DNA from: Pelomyxa schiedti
Taxonomy: Eukaryota > Protista > Evosea
Length of the DNA: 64,000 nucleotides
NCBI GenBank assembly: GCA_020536535.1
Contig: JAHLWZ010000663.1
Span: 45,912-109,911 of the forward strand
Direction of reading: 5' to 3'
How positions within the stretch are numbered: position 1 is the first letter of the stretch; the number at the start of each line of letters is the position of its first letter. The notes beneath the pieces were generated by a model. It was not told the origin of the DNA. It ran no database searches and saw only the letters and a program-made list of their open reading frames with translations. Below are positions 13,401 through 24,677 of the stretch, in pieces. Position numbers and translations under genes: made by a program.

Positions 13401-14472
13401 GGCGGAACTGAAATTAAAGGAACTAGCTGCAGAGGAGTCGCACCTGTATGCAGAACACATGAGACAAGTTGGTTAATTTTTAATTTCTTTTTCTCTTTTC
13501 ATGAGGGACTCTTAAGGGAATGAACAAACTTGTATCTAGTCCGAGAAAACCTGTTCATCATTCATCGTTGTTTCCTGAATTTTTTCTCCCCCTAACATTA
13601 AATCAAGTATGGACTCCTCTGTGCAAAGTCTACAAAGACAGGTATATTTATACTGTGACTGCAAAAAGTCAACGCTAGTGCTGTCACACACTAGAAAGAA
13701 AAATTAGAGGATGATGTGGGGAGATTACAAGAACAAATATACCAAAAAGACTCTGAAATCCGGGATGTATGCTTCAACATTTAGCCATCATTAGTAAGAG
13801 TATAAAGCTTCAAGATGAACTGATGGACCACTTGGATGACCTAGAATCGCTGCGGCAGCAGTCACAGTATTATCAGGCTCAAACAGAAATACTGTACAGT
13901 CTCAGAACTTTAATATACACTCTTATAATTTTTTATTTAGCACAGCCACTAAAGGAGAACACATGGAACTAGTATGCTGCTGCTTATGTAAAGGGTATTA
14001 ACCAAGAAACAGGAAAACCGGCTTGAATATGCACAGGCTAAACTAACACAATACAACATGCAACTTAGCAGTGCAAGTGAGGAAATAGAAATTCTACAGA
14101 AAATGCTATTGGAGGCGGGAATAGAACCGCCACTATTTTCTTTACCTGCACCTGAACCTGAAACTTTACTGTCACCTGACCAAGAGAGGTCAAACACCAG
14201 GTAACATGGTCGTGGGAAGTTTATTGAGTAACACCGCTATAGCACCTCCCAAGAAACCGGGTTGATAAGTCCTTCTTATGAAGAGCTCTCTCAAGTACTA
14301 ACTTCCCTCTAATATGTGTCACTAAAAGTAGCAGACAGAGGACATTGCACAATACAGCAGTAGTACTGTAAATGAAAATGAAAAGTACAGTTTTTCATCA
14401 GCGCAAAATAACGACAGTGAACATGAAGATACCCACTGTGGGGGAAAACTAAACTTTGAGGAAGATGTCTGA
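10409..14472 (+). CDS. N-terminal-motor kinesin with a long coiled-coil tail (kinesin-12/KIF15-like); multi-exon
   Basis: VCVRVRP, GYNGTLLAYGQTGSGKTFT (P-loop), NENSSRSHCVF (switch I), VDLA/GSER (switch II), YRDSKLTFLL. Confidence 0.9.
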
Positions 14473-14685
14473 AGGGAAAAACAATAAACTTTGTTTACAT
14501 TGTATTTAAGGCCAGACAACAAATGAAAAAAGAGGCAACCACCCAAAAGGGGCGAGCACTGCGAGCCGCTTTTGGGTGGGGTCGAAACCAACAGCAGTGT
14601 GCAGGTGGCAGAAATTATTGAGTGCTTAAGTTGTTCCATTGTGGCAGGTTCTTCACCCTCTTTTCCTATGCGTTATTAGGGGGTA

Positions 14686-14785
14686 NNNNNNNNNNNNNNN
14701 NNNNNNNNNNNNNNNNNNNNNNNNNNNNNNNNNNNNNNNNNNNNNNNNNNNNNNNNNNNNNNNNNNNNNNNNNNNNNNNNNNNNN
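14686..14785. other. Assembly gap (100 N)
   Basis: Run of N characters. Confidence 1.
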
Positions 14786-14821
14786 GATGTCATGGACAAA
14801 GTTGTATAACCATTACAACAA

Positions 14822-14894
14822 GCCTTCGTAGCACAGTTGGCAGTGCATTCGGCTGTTAACCGGAGGGTCATTGGTTCAATCCCAATCGAAGGCG
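14822..14894 (+). tRNA. tRNA-Asn (GTT)
   Basis: Acceptor stem GCCTTCG/CGAAGGC, anticodon arm TTCGG-CT-GTT-AA-CCGGA, T-loop GGTTCAATCC, and a downstream T-run terminator. Confidence 0.95.
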
Positions 14895-15034
14895 TTCATT
14901 TTTTTTCTTTCTTTCCCTTCCTTCCTCTTCTTCCTTGTGCCTTTGTTGTTGCTCTGTTTTTTTTTTTTTTACTTCCCCTGAAGGCCTTCTTTGGCTTCAT
15001 AGTGTTGCTTTGTTATGAAACTGTTATATGTAAA

Positions 15035-15106
15035 GGGCGTATAGCTCAGTGGTAGAGCATGAGACTGCAGATCTTGGGGTCGGCGGTTCAACTCCGCCTG
15101 CGCCCT
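15035..15106 (+). tRNA. tRNA-Cys (GCA)
   Basis: Acceptor stem GGGCGTA/TGCGCCC, D-arm TAGCTCAGTGGTAGAGC, anticodon loop CT-GCA-GA, T-arm GGCGG-TTCAACT-CCGCC. Confidence 0.93.
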
Positions 15107-15603
15107 TCAATTATTTCTCTAAACTTCTTCTTCTCCTCTCTGTCTCCCTCTTTCTCTAATTTTTTTCCCCTCTTGGAGGTGGTGATGTCGTGTACTTTAT
15201 CGTTTTTCCTTGGACAATTCTTTTACTGTTCTCTTTTGTTCAAAGATAAAGATATCCTCACCCTCATACATCGACACAGAGAGGTTTCTGTGTTACCAAA
15301 ATTTTTTTGTTTTTCTTTGGGGAGAACCAAAAAAAAAAAAAACAAACCAGCAGAACGAACCACAGACAAAAATAAAACCAAACCAAAACCAAAACCCAGT
15401 GTTTCTTGTGTTGGTGGTCTTGTTGTTAAAATCGAACTTGGAAGATTATTGCGCTGGAAGTTCAACATACGCAGATTCTCTACCGGAAGTTCAACAGTTC
15501 GACAGCGACTAAAACTTATCTGGCGGTTTGAACGATCTCTTTTAAACCAGAATCGAAGGGGTCCCGCAAACCAAGAAAAAAACAATCCCGAGTGTCAACG
15601 GAA

Positions 15604-17144
15604 ATGCCACCACACGGTGACCATCACAAGGCCATGTTTGAGGAGTTCATGCACGAGGCGGCATCCCACAATCACGATCGCGGGCACGACCACGATCACG
15701 GCCACGTGCACCCTCACGATCACTCCCATAATAGCGTGGAGTGGGGGCAGCCTAGGGCTTGCCCCAGAGTGCGACCGAGCCCATGGGCCACCGTGTGCGT
15801 TATGTTGTGCTTGGCGTGGATGTTGTCCTCGCCGTCGCAGTATTATGGGATTGCTCATCCATTGGTACGATGATAGCCGTTGCCGGTTTTTGATTTTTTT
15901 TTTTTTAATTCTGAAAAAAAGCAATTCTAGATACATAAATTTTTTGCTATGCATGAATAACACATCTCCCTCAAGGGAAGGGCCATTTGTAAAATAGTTA
16001 TTGTATGTGGCGCCATTGATATTTTGTGCCGGTTGGTTTTATTCAATCCTCTCTATATCATGATTCATCAGGTTCGTTGTTGGAAATTTATCTCCTCCTT
16101 ACCTTTTCACCTAGCTCGTGTACCTCCTATGTAGAGTACCTTATATCAAAATGGTACTTTACATGACCAAATTCCCTATTTTTGCTCGGTACTGGCACAA
16201 TGTATATCACTCCAAGCCAGTCACAACTGAACAAGCGAAGGTAATGCGCCTTTGACTAGTCTCAGGAAGCACTCAAACCAAATAAATCTCTGTAGCAATT
16301 CATAACACTTGAGAAAGACCTACCCCGAATTGACCTTGGTGAGAGAATCCTCCCATTCAAAGAGACACGTGAAATAGCACTGAAAGCCAATGGGCCAGTA
16401 GCCGCAGTCCCTTGTGTTTGCAGAACAATCGGACCAAGAGTTCCTGGAGTTGTGGCCAATTGTGGACCAAAGAACGTAAGGTCATTGCACCTATTAACTC
16501 ATTTTAATGATTGTGTAGGTGTGCCTTATTTTTGGAAAGCTTGCCTCCTTTGCAGTGAAAGGTGGTGGAAAAATACTGTCGAAAGAAGAGGCCATAGAAT
16601 TACTTGAAGACCAGCACAGGCGCGGTCACGTTCACAACGTCTATTTCAAGGATATGTTCAATGGGTTTTACGCACTATGTAACTGCTGGTGAGCCATCTG
16701 CAAAGTTTTGCATTCAATAACAGAAATCCAGCAAATGCTGCTGTGGTGGAATAGAGCGAATGAATGTTTCAGGTGGTTCTATGACTAGTTCTGGGTTTGT
16801 CAGTGTGGTGAGTTGAATCACTTATGATATTCCGCATTGTAACCTTCTACAACAGATAGATTCAACCAAATGTTGTGGCTGCGGAACTTGTGTCAGAACA
16901 TGCCCCTTTGGAGCAATCGAAATGAAAGATGGAAGGCCTGTTGTTGACAAAGAAAGGTACCCTTACCTATCATTAAGTTATTTATTATTATGGTAACACA
17001 AACCCGTGTTTTTTTTTACTGTGTAGGTGTCTTGGTTGCACAGCTTGTGATGGGACCTGCCCCAAAAAGGCCATTTCATTTGAGAGAGACAAGGACAAAC
17101 CAGAGCCCTTAGAAATATCCAAACTTGTAGATATGCAGTGGTGA
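15604..17144 (+). CDS. Bacterial-type 4Fe-4S dicluster ferredoxin-domain protein with a His-rich N-terminus and two hydrophobic segments; multi-exon
   Basis: The spliced product has ERILPFKETREI, PCVCR, HRRGHVHNVYFKD, CNCC/KCCCGG and two CxxCxxCxxxCP motifs (CCGCGTCVRTCP, CLGCTACDGTCP). The N-terminus is HNHDRGHDHDHGHVHPHDHSH. Confidence 0.8.
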
Positions 17145-17267
17145 GAACCACAACAAACCCGAGAGAGTGAATAGAAAACCGTGGTTTCCCATCACGTCCA
17201 CTTTCCCTGAAACGACCTTTGAAGCGTTAGTTAACTGGTAAATTAAAACCAACCGTCGAGCAAGAAC

Positions 17268-20200
17268 ATGCAGGCTCCAGACTGGAGGAAATTCATTGTT
17301 GTGTCTGGTCCCGGTGGTGTGGGTAAAGTACGTAGTAAAAAAAAACAAGAGGACGTTGTGTAGAAAATTGGCCGCCAAAGGAAACCAGAATGAGTTCGCA
17401 CCCAAAATTGATGTAACGAGCAAAAGGGGTTAGTTGCTTCCTATTAATGAGAACTGCCCAAAACTTTTTTATGTAAACAAGGCAACCTCTATGAGCTGAC
17501 CTTTAGAGGTTTCTTTACCCATTGGCCTTTTTGTTGGTTTTTCAGACTTTTATTTTTTAGATGTGGGTGCATATCAAGCATCCATGACGATATGGAACAG
17601 ATATGACCCATTCCACTCTGCAGCGATGTTTTTGCTGTGCTTTTCTGTCGATATTCCCGACTCCCTTAACCAAATTGTGAACGGGGTACTACACCTTTTC
17701 CAAAAGCAAAATCATCGTAACAAAATCTATTCAGATATACTTTCCAGAGGCTCACGTAGTCAAGCCATCAGCACCAGTTATATTGCTGGGGCTGAGGTCT
17801 GATTTCTATGTTACAGGAACTCCAAGTGAAGGGAAGGCCAGAGGACCTATTCATCAACTCATTCTAAGAAGTGAAATTGAAGATGTAGGGAGTGTCTCGT
17901 ATTGTACATCAGGAGCCAAATAAAATAACAAATATCAGGCTGGATCGAAAATGGGAGTGCATGCAATCATTCAAATTGGCAACACTACTGATGTCCAAGA
18001 CCTGATAACTCTCATTTCCCACATATTTGACGAATATCCCCCAGCTGAAGAGCCACCCAGTTACCGACACACCATTCTACCTAAAATGTGAGTTATCATA
18101 GAAGGAATTCTCTCAAGACTTTTGGGGAAGAAGCCGACAAAACCCAAGGGGAGCTTAATTTGTGCCGCTCTTCCACCAGACAAGCCATCAGAAACTTATT
18201 CCACCACAATGGAGATTAAGCAGCTTTTTGGGGGTACAACGGGAGTACCCGCTTTTACAAGGTAACCCTACCCAGACAATCATTCAAATCAAGTATACCT
18301 AGCTATGGACAAACCTGCGCAGTTCACAGGCACTACATTCTGTTCTTTGGCGGAATTGGATTGGACCAGCAATATAAGCAATCACCGCAAGTGTTGGATC
18401 TTTCTCACTCCACTCCACGATGGCAGTTACCCCTGTCTGACTCCATACCTAGCGAACATTTACCTGCACCAGAGAGATCACCACCTTCAACTCCAATCGA
18501 AGCCAGTCATAGCCACAGTTCCTGTCTCGAACTGTCAAATGGAAGTAGAACGGTAATTGGCACCTTTCCAGCAACATGCTCCGGCATTGATGGAACGTTG
18601 ATCTATGTGTTTGGTGGCTCACTTGTGAGTGGACTCTCAAATCGCTTACTTGCTTTCAATGTGGAAAGGCATTTGTGGATAACACTACTTGATGAGGACA
18701 ATTCTGAACTTGCACCGTTTCCTTCTTATGGCTCCTCTCTTGTGCAGTTGCGTCTACCATGTTTTTCTTTTTGCAAGTTGTTTACCATGCTTCTGCTCAT
18801 AAACAGGATTGAAAACCACTTGTATTTATTTGGTGGGTGCACAACCGAAGGCCCATGTTCTCAATTTTTTGGTTTTCAGTACTCTCCCAAAAATGTAGTA
18901 ATAGTTCAACAGAATTCTCACTTGAGTCAAATACTTGGCACAGTATTGGGTCCTCAGATAGTGCGCCTCCCCCTCGTTATCACCATAACACCTTCGTTGA
19001 TGGAAGGTTTCCTATTTCCCGACTAGTACATATCTTTTTAATTAAACAGTAGAACAATGTATGTATACGGAGGACTTGGAGCCAAAAACGTAAAGCTGAG
19101 TGATTTGTGGGCAATTGAACCATATACAGGAGACTCGTCACCTTCAAAAAATACCCTCACAGAGGGAACCGAATTTCACCAAGCTAAGTGGAGAAAGATG
19201 ATAACACTGGGAAGTGTCCAACCAACCCCACAACGTGGACATGTGGGCTGCTTTTGGCGTACCATAAACTGCTTCATATTAGTTGGGTCCTCCAATCAAA
19301 ACCCCCTTTGCGAGATTTTCAGGTGAACATTCACTAATTTCCTCTTTTGAACCTTGCGATTTATCACAAGTTTATCACAGCTTGGATCTCAGAAACTTCA
19401 TGTGGACAAAAATTTCTTGCCTTCATCTTCCTGCTGCGCGTGAGGTCAATTTTAATTCAGAATTTGCCCACGAATCTTATGCCTTTTAGTTCCACAGTGT
19501 AATACCCACGACAGAAGGTTCTCTACTTATTGCTTGTGGGATGTGGCGCAGGCAAGATGGGGGACTCCTTGGTGATGGGTATCTTTTATCTCAAATTCAG
19601 CCACTTGTGACTCGGATACCAAATCCTGTGTGGATAATGGTGCTATCATTTTTGGGTCCAGCGGATTTGTGCCGACTTGCACATGTTTCATTCCATTATT
19701 CTTCGTTTTTTAAATCGTTTTACGTGACTCTATTACCAATGCAAAGGTCTGCCGGAATTTCCGTAACCTCTGTGGAACTGATGAAGTGTGGCGGAACCAC
19801 GTTCCCGAATCTTAAGGGATCAACCAAACCTGAGGACAAAATGTCTTTTGTAATGTACATTCCTTTCTCTATCCTCACTCTTTGGCAGTTTTGAAGGGAC
19901 AATTACTCTGGATAAACCCAACTCCCACTGTTTTGAAGTATGAACCACATCCGTTTAAGGCATTGTTCCCAATACCAATTTTCTTTTTTTTGTTGTTGTT
20001 GGTTTTAATCCTTTCATTTCAGGAGCCATATCCAGTTCAATATGAATGCTTTCTGGGTGATGCACAAGTGTTGATGGCAGATTTGTCTATAAAGTAAGTT
20101 CCGAGATGTGAAACCAAATCTTTCTTTCCAAATTGTGAAAAAAAAGCTAGGCGAGTGGATCAAATTGGAATTGGGGACTCAGTGATTACAGAGTTGCTTA

Positions 20201-20709
20201 AACCAAGGAAGATAAGGGATATTCATTCCAAGAAAGTGGAAAGAATGTTCAGGTTTCTAATTGAAAACGAGGGAATCTCTTAATGCCTCAATCAGGATGG
20301 TTTTTTTGAATGGTGTAGGACTCACTACAGGACACCCAGTTCTCATCAATAATAAGTGGGAACGAAGCTCAGATGTAGCGAGCCCAGTTGAAGTTGCAGA
20401 CAAATCATTCATGATTTACAACTTTGTGTTGGAAGGAGGCCCTGAGGTAATACTAACTCCTTGATTCATTAACCCGATTCCGCTCCATTTCCCCAAAAAT
20501 GGAACAACTACAGGTCGATGATCACAGCATTATTCTGAACGGACTTGTTGTGTGTACTCTTGGGAAATACTGTGGTGATGAGTTCTGCCAGAAATACCCC
20601 AAAGCAGATAAGTTGTATGTGTTGGTTCCCTTTCACTCTTGTTTCTAATTCCACCTTCCTCCGTTGCCATTAAACAAGGTATGGCTCTGGTTTTTGGAAG
20701 ACTACATAA
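17268..20709 (+). CDS. Multidomain protein: degenerate Rho-like GTPase, Kelch repeats, F-box, Vint-type Hint domain; multi-exon
   Basis: GTPase: VSGPGGVGK, ELTFR/DVG, LLCFSVD, PVILLGLRSD. Kelch: ILFFGG, IYVFGG, LYLFGG, MYVYGG. F-box: IPNPVWIMVLSFLGPADLCRLAH/VCRNFRNLCGTDEVW. Hint: CFLGDAQVLMAD...GD.V...LTTGHP...IYNFVLEGG/..DHSIILNGLVVCTLG. The F-box-to-Hint junction near 19790-19835 needs a frame correction. Confidence 0.7.
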
Positions 20710-21029
20710 GCATTATGAGGCCACAATGCTGACACACAAAACGTAACGCGTAGAAAAATATCTCGAGATAAAGATATCGGAGCCAAATACCGGCGCATTT
20801 CTATTGCTCTTTTCTCTCTCTGGCTGTTTCCGCTAAAAAATCCAAACAACAAACCCACGGAAGACCAAAAAAAAACCAAGGACAAGAAACAACAAAAACA
20901 AACGAAACGAGGAGGTGATAGTGGTGCACGTACTCAAAAAAAAAGGAGCAAGTGACCGACCGAGAGACCGAGAGATCTAGAGATTTGGTTTTGTTTGATT
21001 GATTGGTTGGTTCGTTGGTTGTGTGAGTG

Positions 21030-24000
21030 ATGCTGAAGCACATTGGGAAAGAGAAGCAGAGTATTGACGTGACTGTTGTTGTTCACAGTGTTGTCAATCT
21101 GGGGCAATATGCCGGAACGTCTGTTTTCTTCTCTTGGAAAAGAGGTTTGTTGTTGCTTTTTATTCTTTACCTTTTTTACTTTTGTGCTGCTGGAGAAGGT
21201 TTTTTTTTGTTGTTGTTGCTGATGCAATTTTTTTTTAACAAAAAAAAATTAAATAAAAACCCAGGTAACAACAAAAAGTCTGGAACAACTCAAAATGTTG
21301 TTGTGAGTATTCATGGGGAGGCGGACTTCAGGGGAGAGATGATCAAATTCACCAGTAACTTTTATTGTGATGCCCAGCCTTTATTGCAGCACCAACAGCC
21401 TCAACATCGGCACTCAAACAGCAGTATTGGGTTTGGTACTCCTACTTGCATGTGCATGTTTACAACAAAGAATTCAAATGCCGTCTGCCCCCATCACTCT
21501 TCTCCGGCAATTGCATTCTCTGGGTCACCACCTTCCTCTTCACCAACATCCCCGAGAAACGGCCTGTCCCAATCCATGACTCAACCTTCTCCATTTAGTA
21601 CCAATGCAGGTGTGATTGGAGCTGCTTTTGCAAACATTGGGAGTGTCTCCATGGAAAAGAAGATTCTGGAAATGACTTTAATGCAGAATGTACCAAGTAA
21701 AAATAAGCCTCGGGCAGTCGGCCGGCTCATAATTAATATTGGAGATTATGCCAACAAGACCACAACCCAACCAACACGATTCTCTTTCAGCTCATGGAAA
21801 TCCCTGCCAAAACCTGATGTCCTTGTGCGCGGAACATTCTGCATTTTAATTGTGCTAACTTGCTCCTAGCTATCATTTAAATGTTTGCTCGCGCCATCTT
21901 CCAAAAGCAACAGGTAGTTATATCACTTTTTAAACCCTATGCACACTTGTGAAATACACTAGACCGCAAACTGACGGATCTCCAGTAACTTCTGGAGTGG
22001 GTTTGGAGACCCAAGTAGAATCAGACGATTCAACATCTGATGGGAGCTTGGACTCTGCTGGCCATCTTGATATGGTAGACCACAACGGTTTGACGCACAA
22101 CTAACTACTCGTCTCTGTAAAGAATGAGAAACGTCAGAGACATCTGTCCCTTCCTCAGACATATTCTTCCAGCTATGCACCTGAATATAGAACAGTATAC
22201 CTCCATCACGAGCACAAGACCTCCAACTCTTCACAAATTCAATCAATGTCATCACAACACAATCGCATGCCATCATCAGACTCACTCGAACCAATGGGAC
22301 CACAGAACCTGGAAGATTCTATCAAAACACTAGTATGAGTTGTCTTTGGTGCAATACAAATTTAAAAAAATATCTATATCATTAGGCTGCTGAAAACCAG
22401 TCCCTCCTTAGTGTTCTAGAGGACACAAAGAAAGAACTACAAAAGTACCCCAATGTCTCCTTGAAGCTTCCTGAAATGAGTATTTAATTTCCACATTTGA
22501 AGTGATGTACTAATATTCATTTGAAATACAACTTTGTTCCCTCAGTTAGCCGAGTGAGGACTTCAGGCAAGACAGTCCAGGTTGCCCGAATATTTTTCTC
22601 TGTGTGCTGATTTAAGGTAGAATAACAATGAAATGGAGACTAGAGAGAAGGCTATGCGTTTAGCTTTCCTGGAACAGGTTTTTTTTTCTGTGGCCCACTG
22701 TGGAGGTAATCTCACTTGGGAACCCCAAGGAAAGAGAGAAGTTCTTATTTATTGAGAAAGAGATCTATTTAGTGAACCCAGCGATCATAAATGGAGTTCC
22801 TTCCTCATCTAAAATAGTACTTCCTCCCAGCTGAGAGGTTTTTACCAAGGAAAAAAACCAGATTTTCAATCAGTTATCTCACTGGAACGCATTTTCAGAA
22901 AACAATTTTCAGTTGCTTGATCAAGTGGCAGATGCAATTGAAAATACATGCATGGTGTGCATCCGATCACGTTTTTCGGCTTAGTTCTTTCCCAGAGAGA
23001 TTTCACATCTTCCAGCCAACTTTGCTTCTGGCTCTCAAGTGTTTGTGGACTTCTATCGTATGCTCGACATCCATCCAGTCCCCCCAGCCATGACCGCGTT
23101 GAGGAATCGAGTAGTCGCGAAACCATTTCATCAACTCCGACATATACTACCACACCAAACTCCAAAGCAAAAACACCTTACTGTCCGAGAGGACCTGGTT
23201 CCCCTGATCATACTCTCCCTTTAAGGAATTCAGGCACAATAACTACACTGCCCACGGCAACAACAACCACCACAACAAATGTAACTACAGCCACTACCTC
23301 TCAACCAAATTCGTACATTACAACATCTCAAACAATACCTCCTCCAACACAGCTTGTCTCATTAACCTATTTTGACACTAGACTTGTGAGTGTAGCATTT
23401 AAAATTTTTTCACTTATTCTCGAACTCACAACAACGGTTTGTTACTGAATTAGGGATGCATCACCTAACTCATTATGCAGGAAATTGAGCCACATATTAT
23501 TCCAATTTTACTCTATAGTAGCACTTTCCCTGAGAGGTTTATCTACCCGAAAAAACTTTCTTAAAGCGACTTTCCTGTAGTTCGAAAACTCGGCAACGAA
23601 TCCTGCGCACTGAAGAAATGTTAACAAGACCCCTTGGCAACACTTTTATATCCATGAGGAATTGGGCAGTACCGGAACCCATTCTAGTTCAGTTTTTTTT
23701 CCATGTCATGCATTTTATCAGTGCCACACTCTTCAACTACCTTATTTCGCATAAGTACTGCATACCTCTGTTCCTGTAAACATTCAATGTATTCAGAGAG
23801 GAGTGCATGGCCAACTCTGGCTTACAACTAAAAATGTCATTGTCTAAAATCACAGACTGGTTAGCTGCTAACCACCTTGACATGAAGGTTATGTATGTAG
23901 ATCCTCCAAATCAATTCGGAAATTTATTTTCGAAAAAAAAGTGTCCCAGGACTTAACCCTATAAAGGAGGTCTCATCACTATTTCTCATGAATAAGGTAA

Positions 24001-24415
24001 GATACCACTGCCAATTGAACAAACAACAACCGCGAAAATAAAAAGGTGCTGCTCGTGGAGGAAGACACACTCAAATACATATTTCCGTCACTCAGACCAC
24101 GTCAAGTGTATCACTTACTCAAACTATTCGATCCACCAGCGTAAGTACCCCCACTCTTTTCTGAGATAATCCAGGGCCATCCTTAGTCAATAATCTTTAC
24201 AAAAAACAACCACCCACAGACCACCAGATGTACTTTTGAGGTTACAATCTTTTATCACCGCATCATCAGCCACACCACAATCAACTACGGCAACAGCAAC
24301 AGCAACAGCAACAGCAACGACGACGCCGTCAACAAGTCACATTCCATCAACAGAGGATGATTCCGTTGAAATGCCACCACTGCCACCACCTCAACTCTCA
24401 TTCACCTTTTTGTAA
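21030..24415 (+). CDS. NT-C2 (EEIG1/EHBP1-type C2) plus Dilute (DIL) domain protein; multi-exon
   Basis: NT-C2: VVVHSV...FSWKRG/NNKKSGTT...VGRLIINIGDYA. DIL: QFFFHVMHFISATLFNYLI...SGLQLKMSLSKITDWL...FPSLRPRQVYHLLKLF. Confidence 0.7.
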
Positions 24416-24677
24416 ATGATTACATTAGCGAACGACACACCACAATACAAAAGCCAGGCCCACAATCCGTTTTTCGGTAGAAAACAACATTCCTCAAAAC
24501 GGTACGCGGAAACGTGATTGAGCCGAGCTTTACCACATGATGAAAAATCCATGAGTTACTTCTCATACTCTCAAACTGGTGATAAATTCGTCGCTATCCT
24601 GATTTTTTTTTGTTTGTTTGTTTTCCACGCACACTATTCGCCGGCGTTGTCGACGATACGACCCGTAGGTTCCCTTG

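Noticed and set aside
14560-14660. Possible third tRNA (B-box-like GGTTTCGACCCC on the minus strand)
   Set aside because: I could not build an acceptor stem or cloverleaf. Only the hairpin is reported.
15059-15997. 312-aa ORF beginning inside tRNA-Cys
   Set aside because: It runs through a tRNA, T/A-rich intergenic DNA and the wrong frame of the Fe-S gene, so it is a chance ORF.
19960-20022. Possible GC-AG intron before the Hint domain
   Set aside because: A canonical GTATGA donor at about 19938 in another frame explains the junction equally well.
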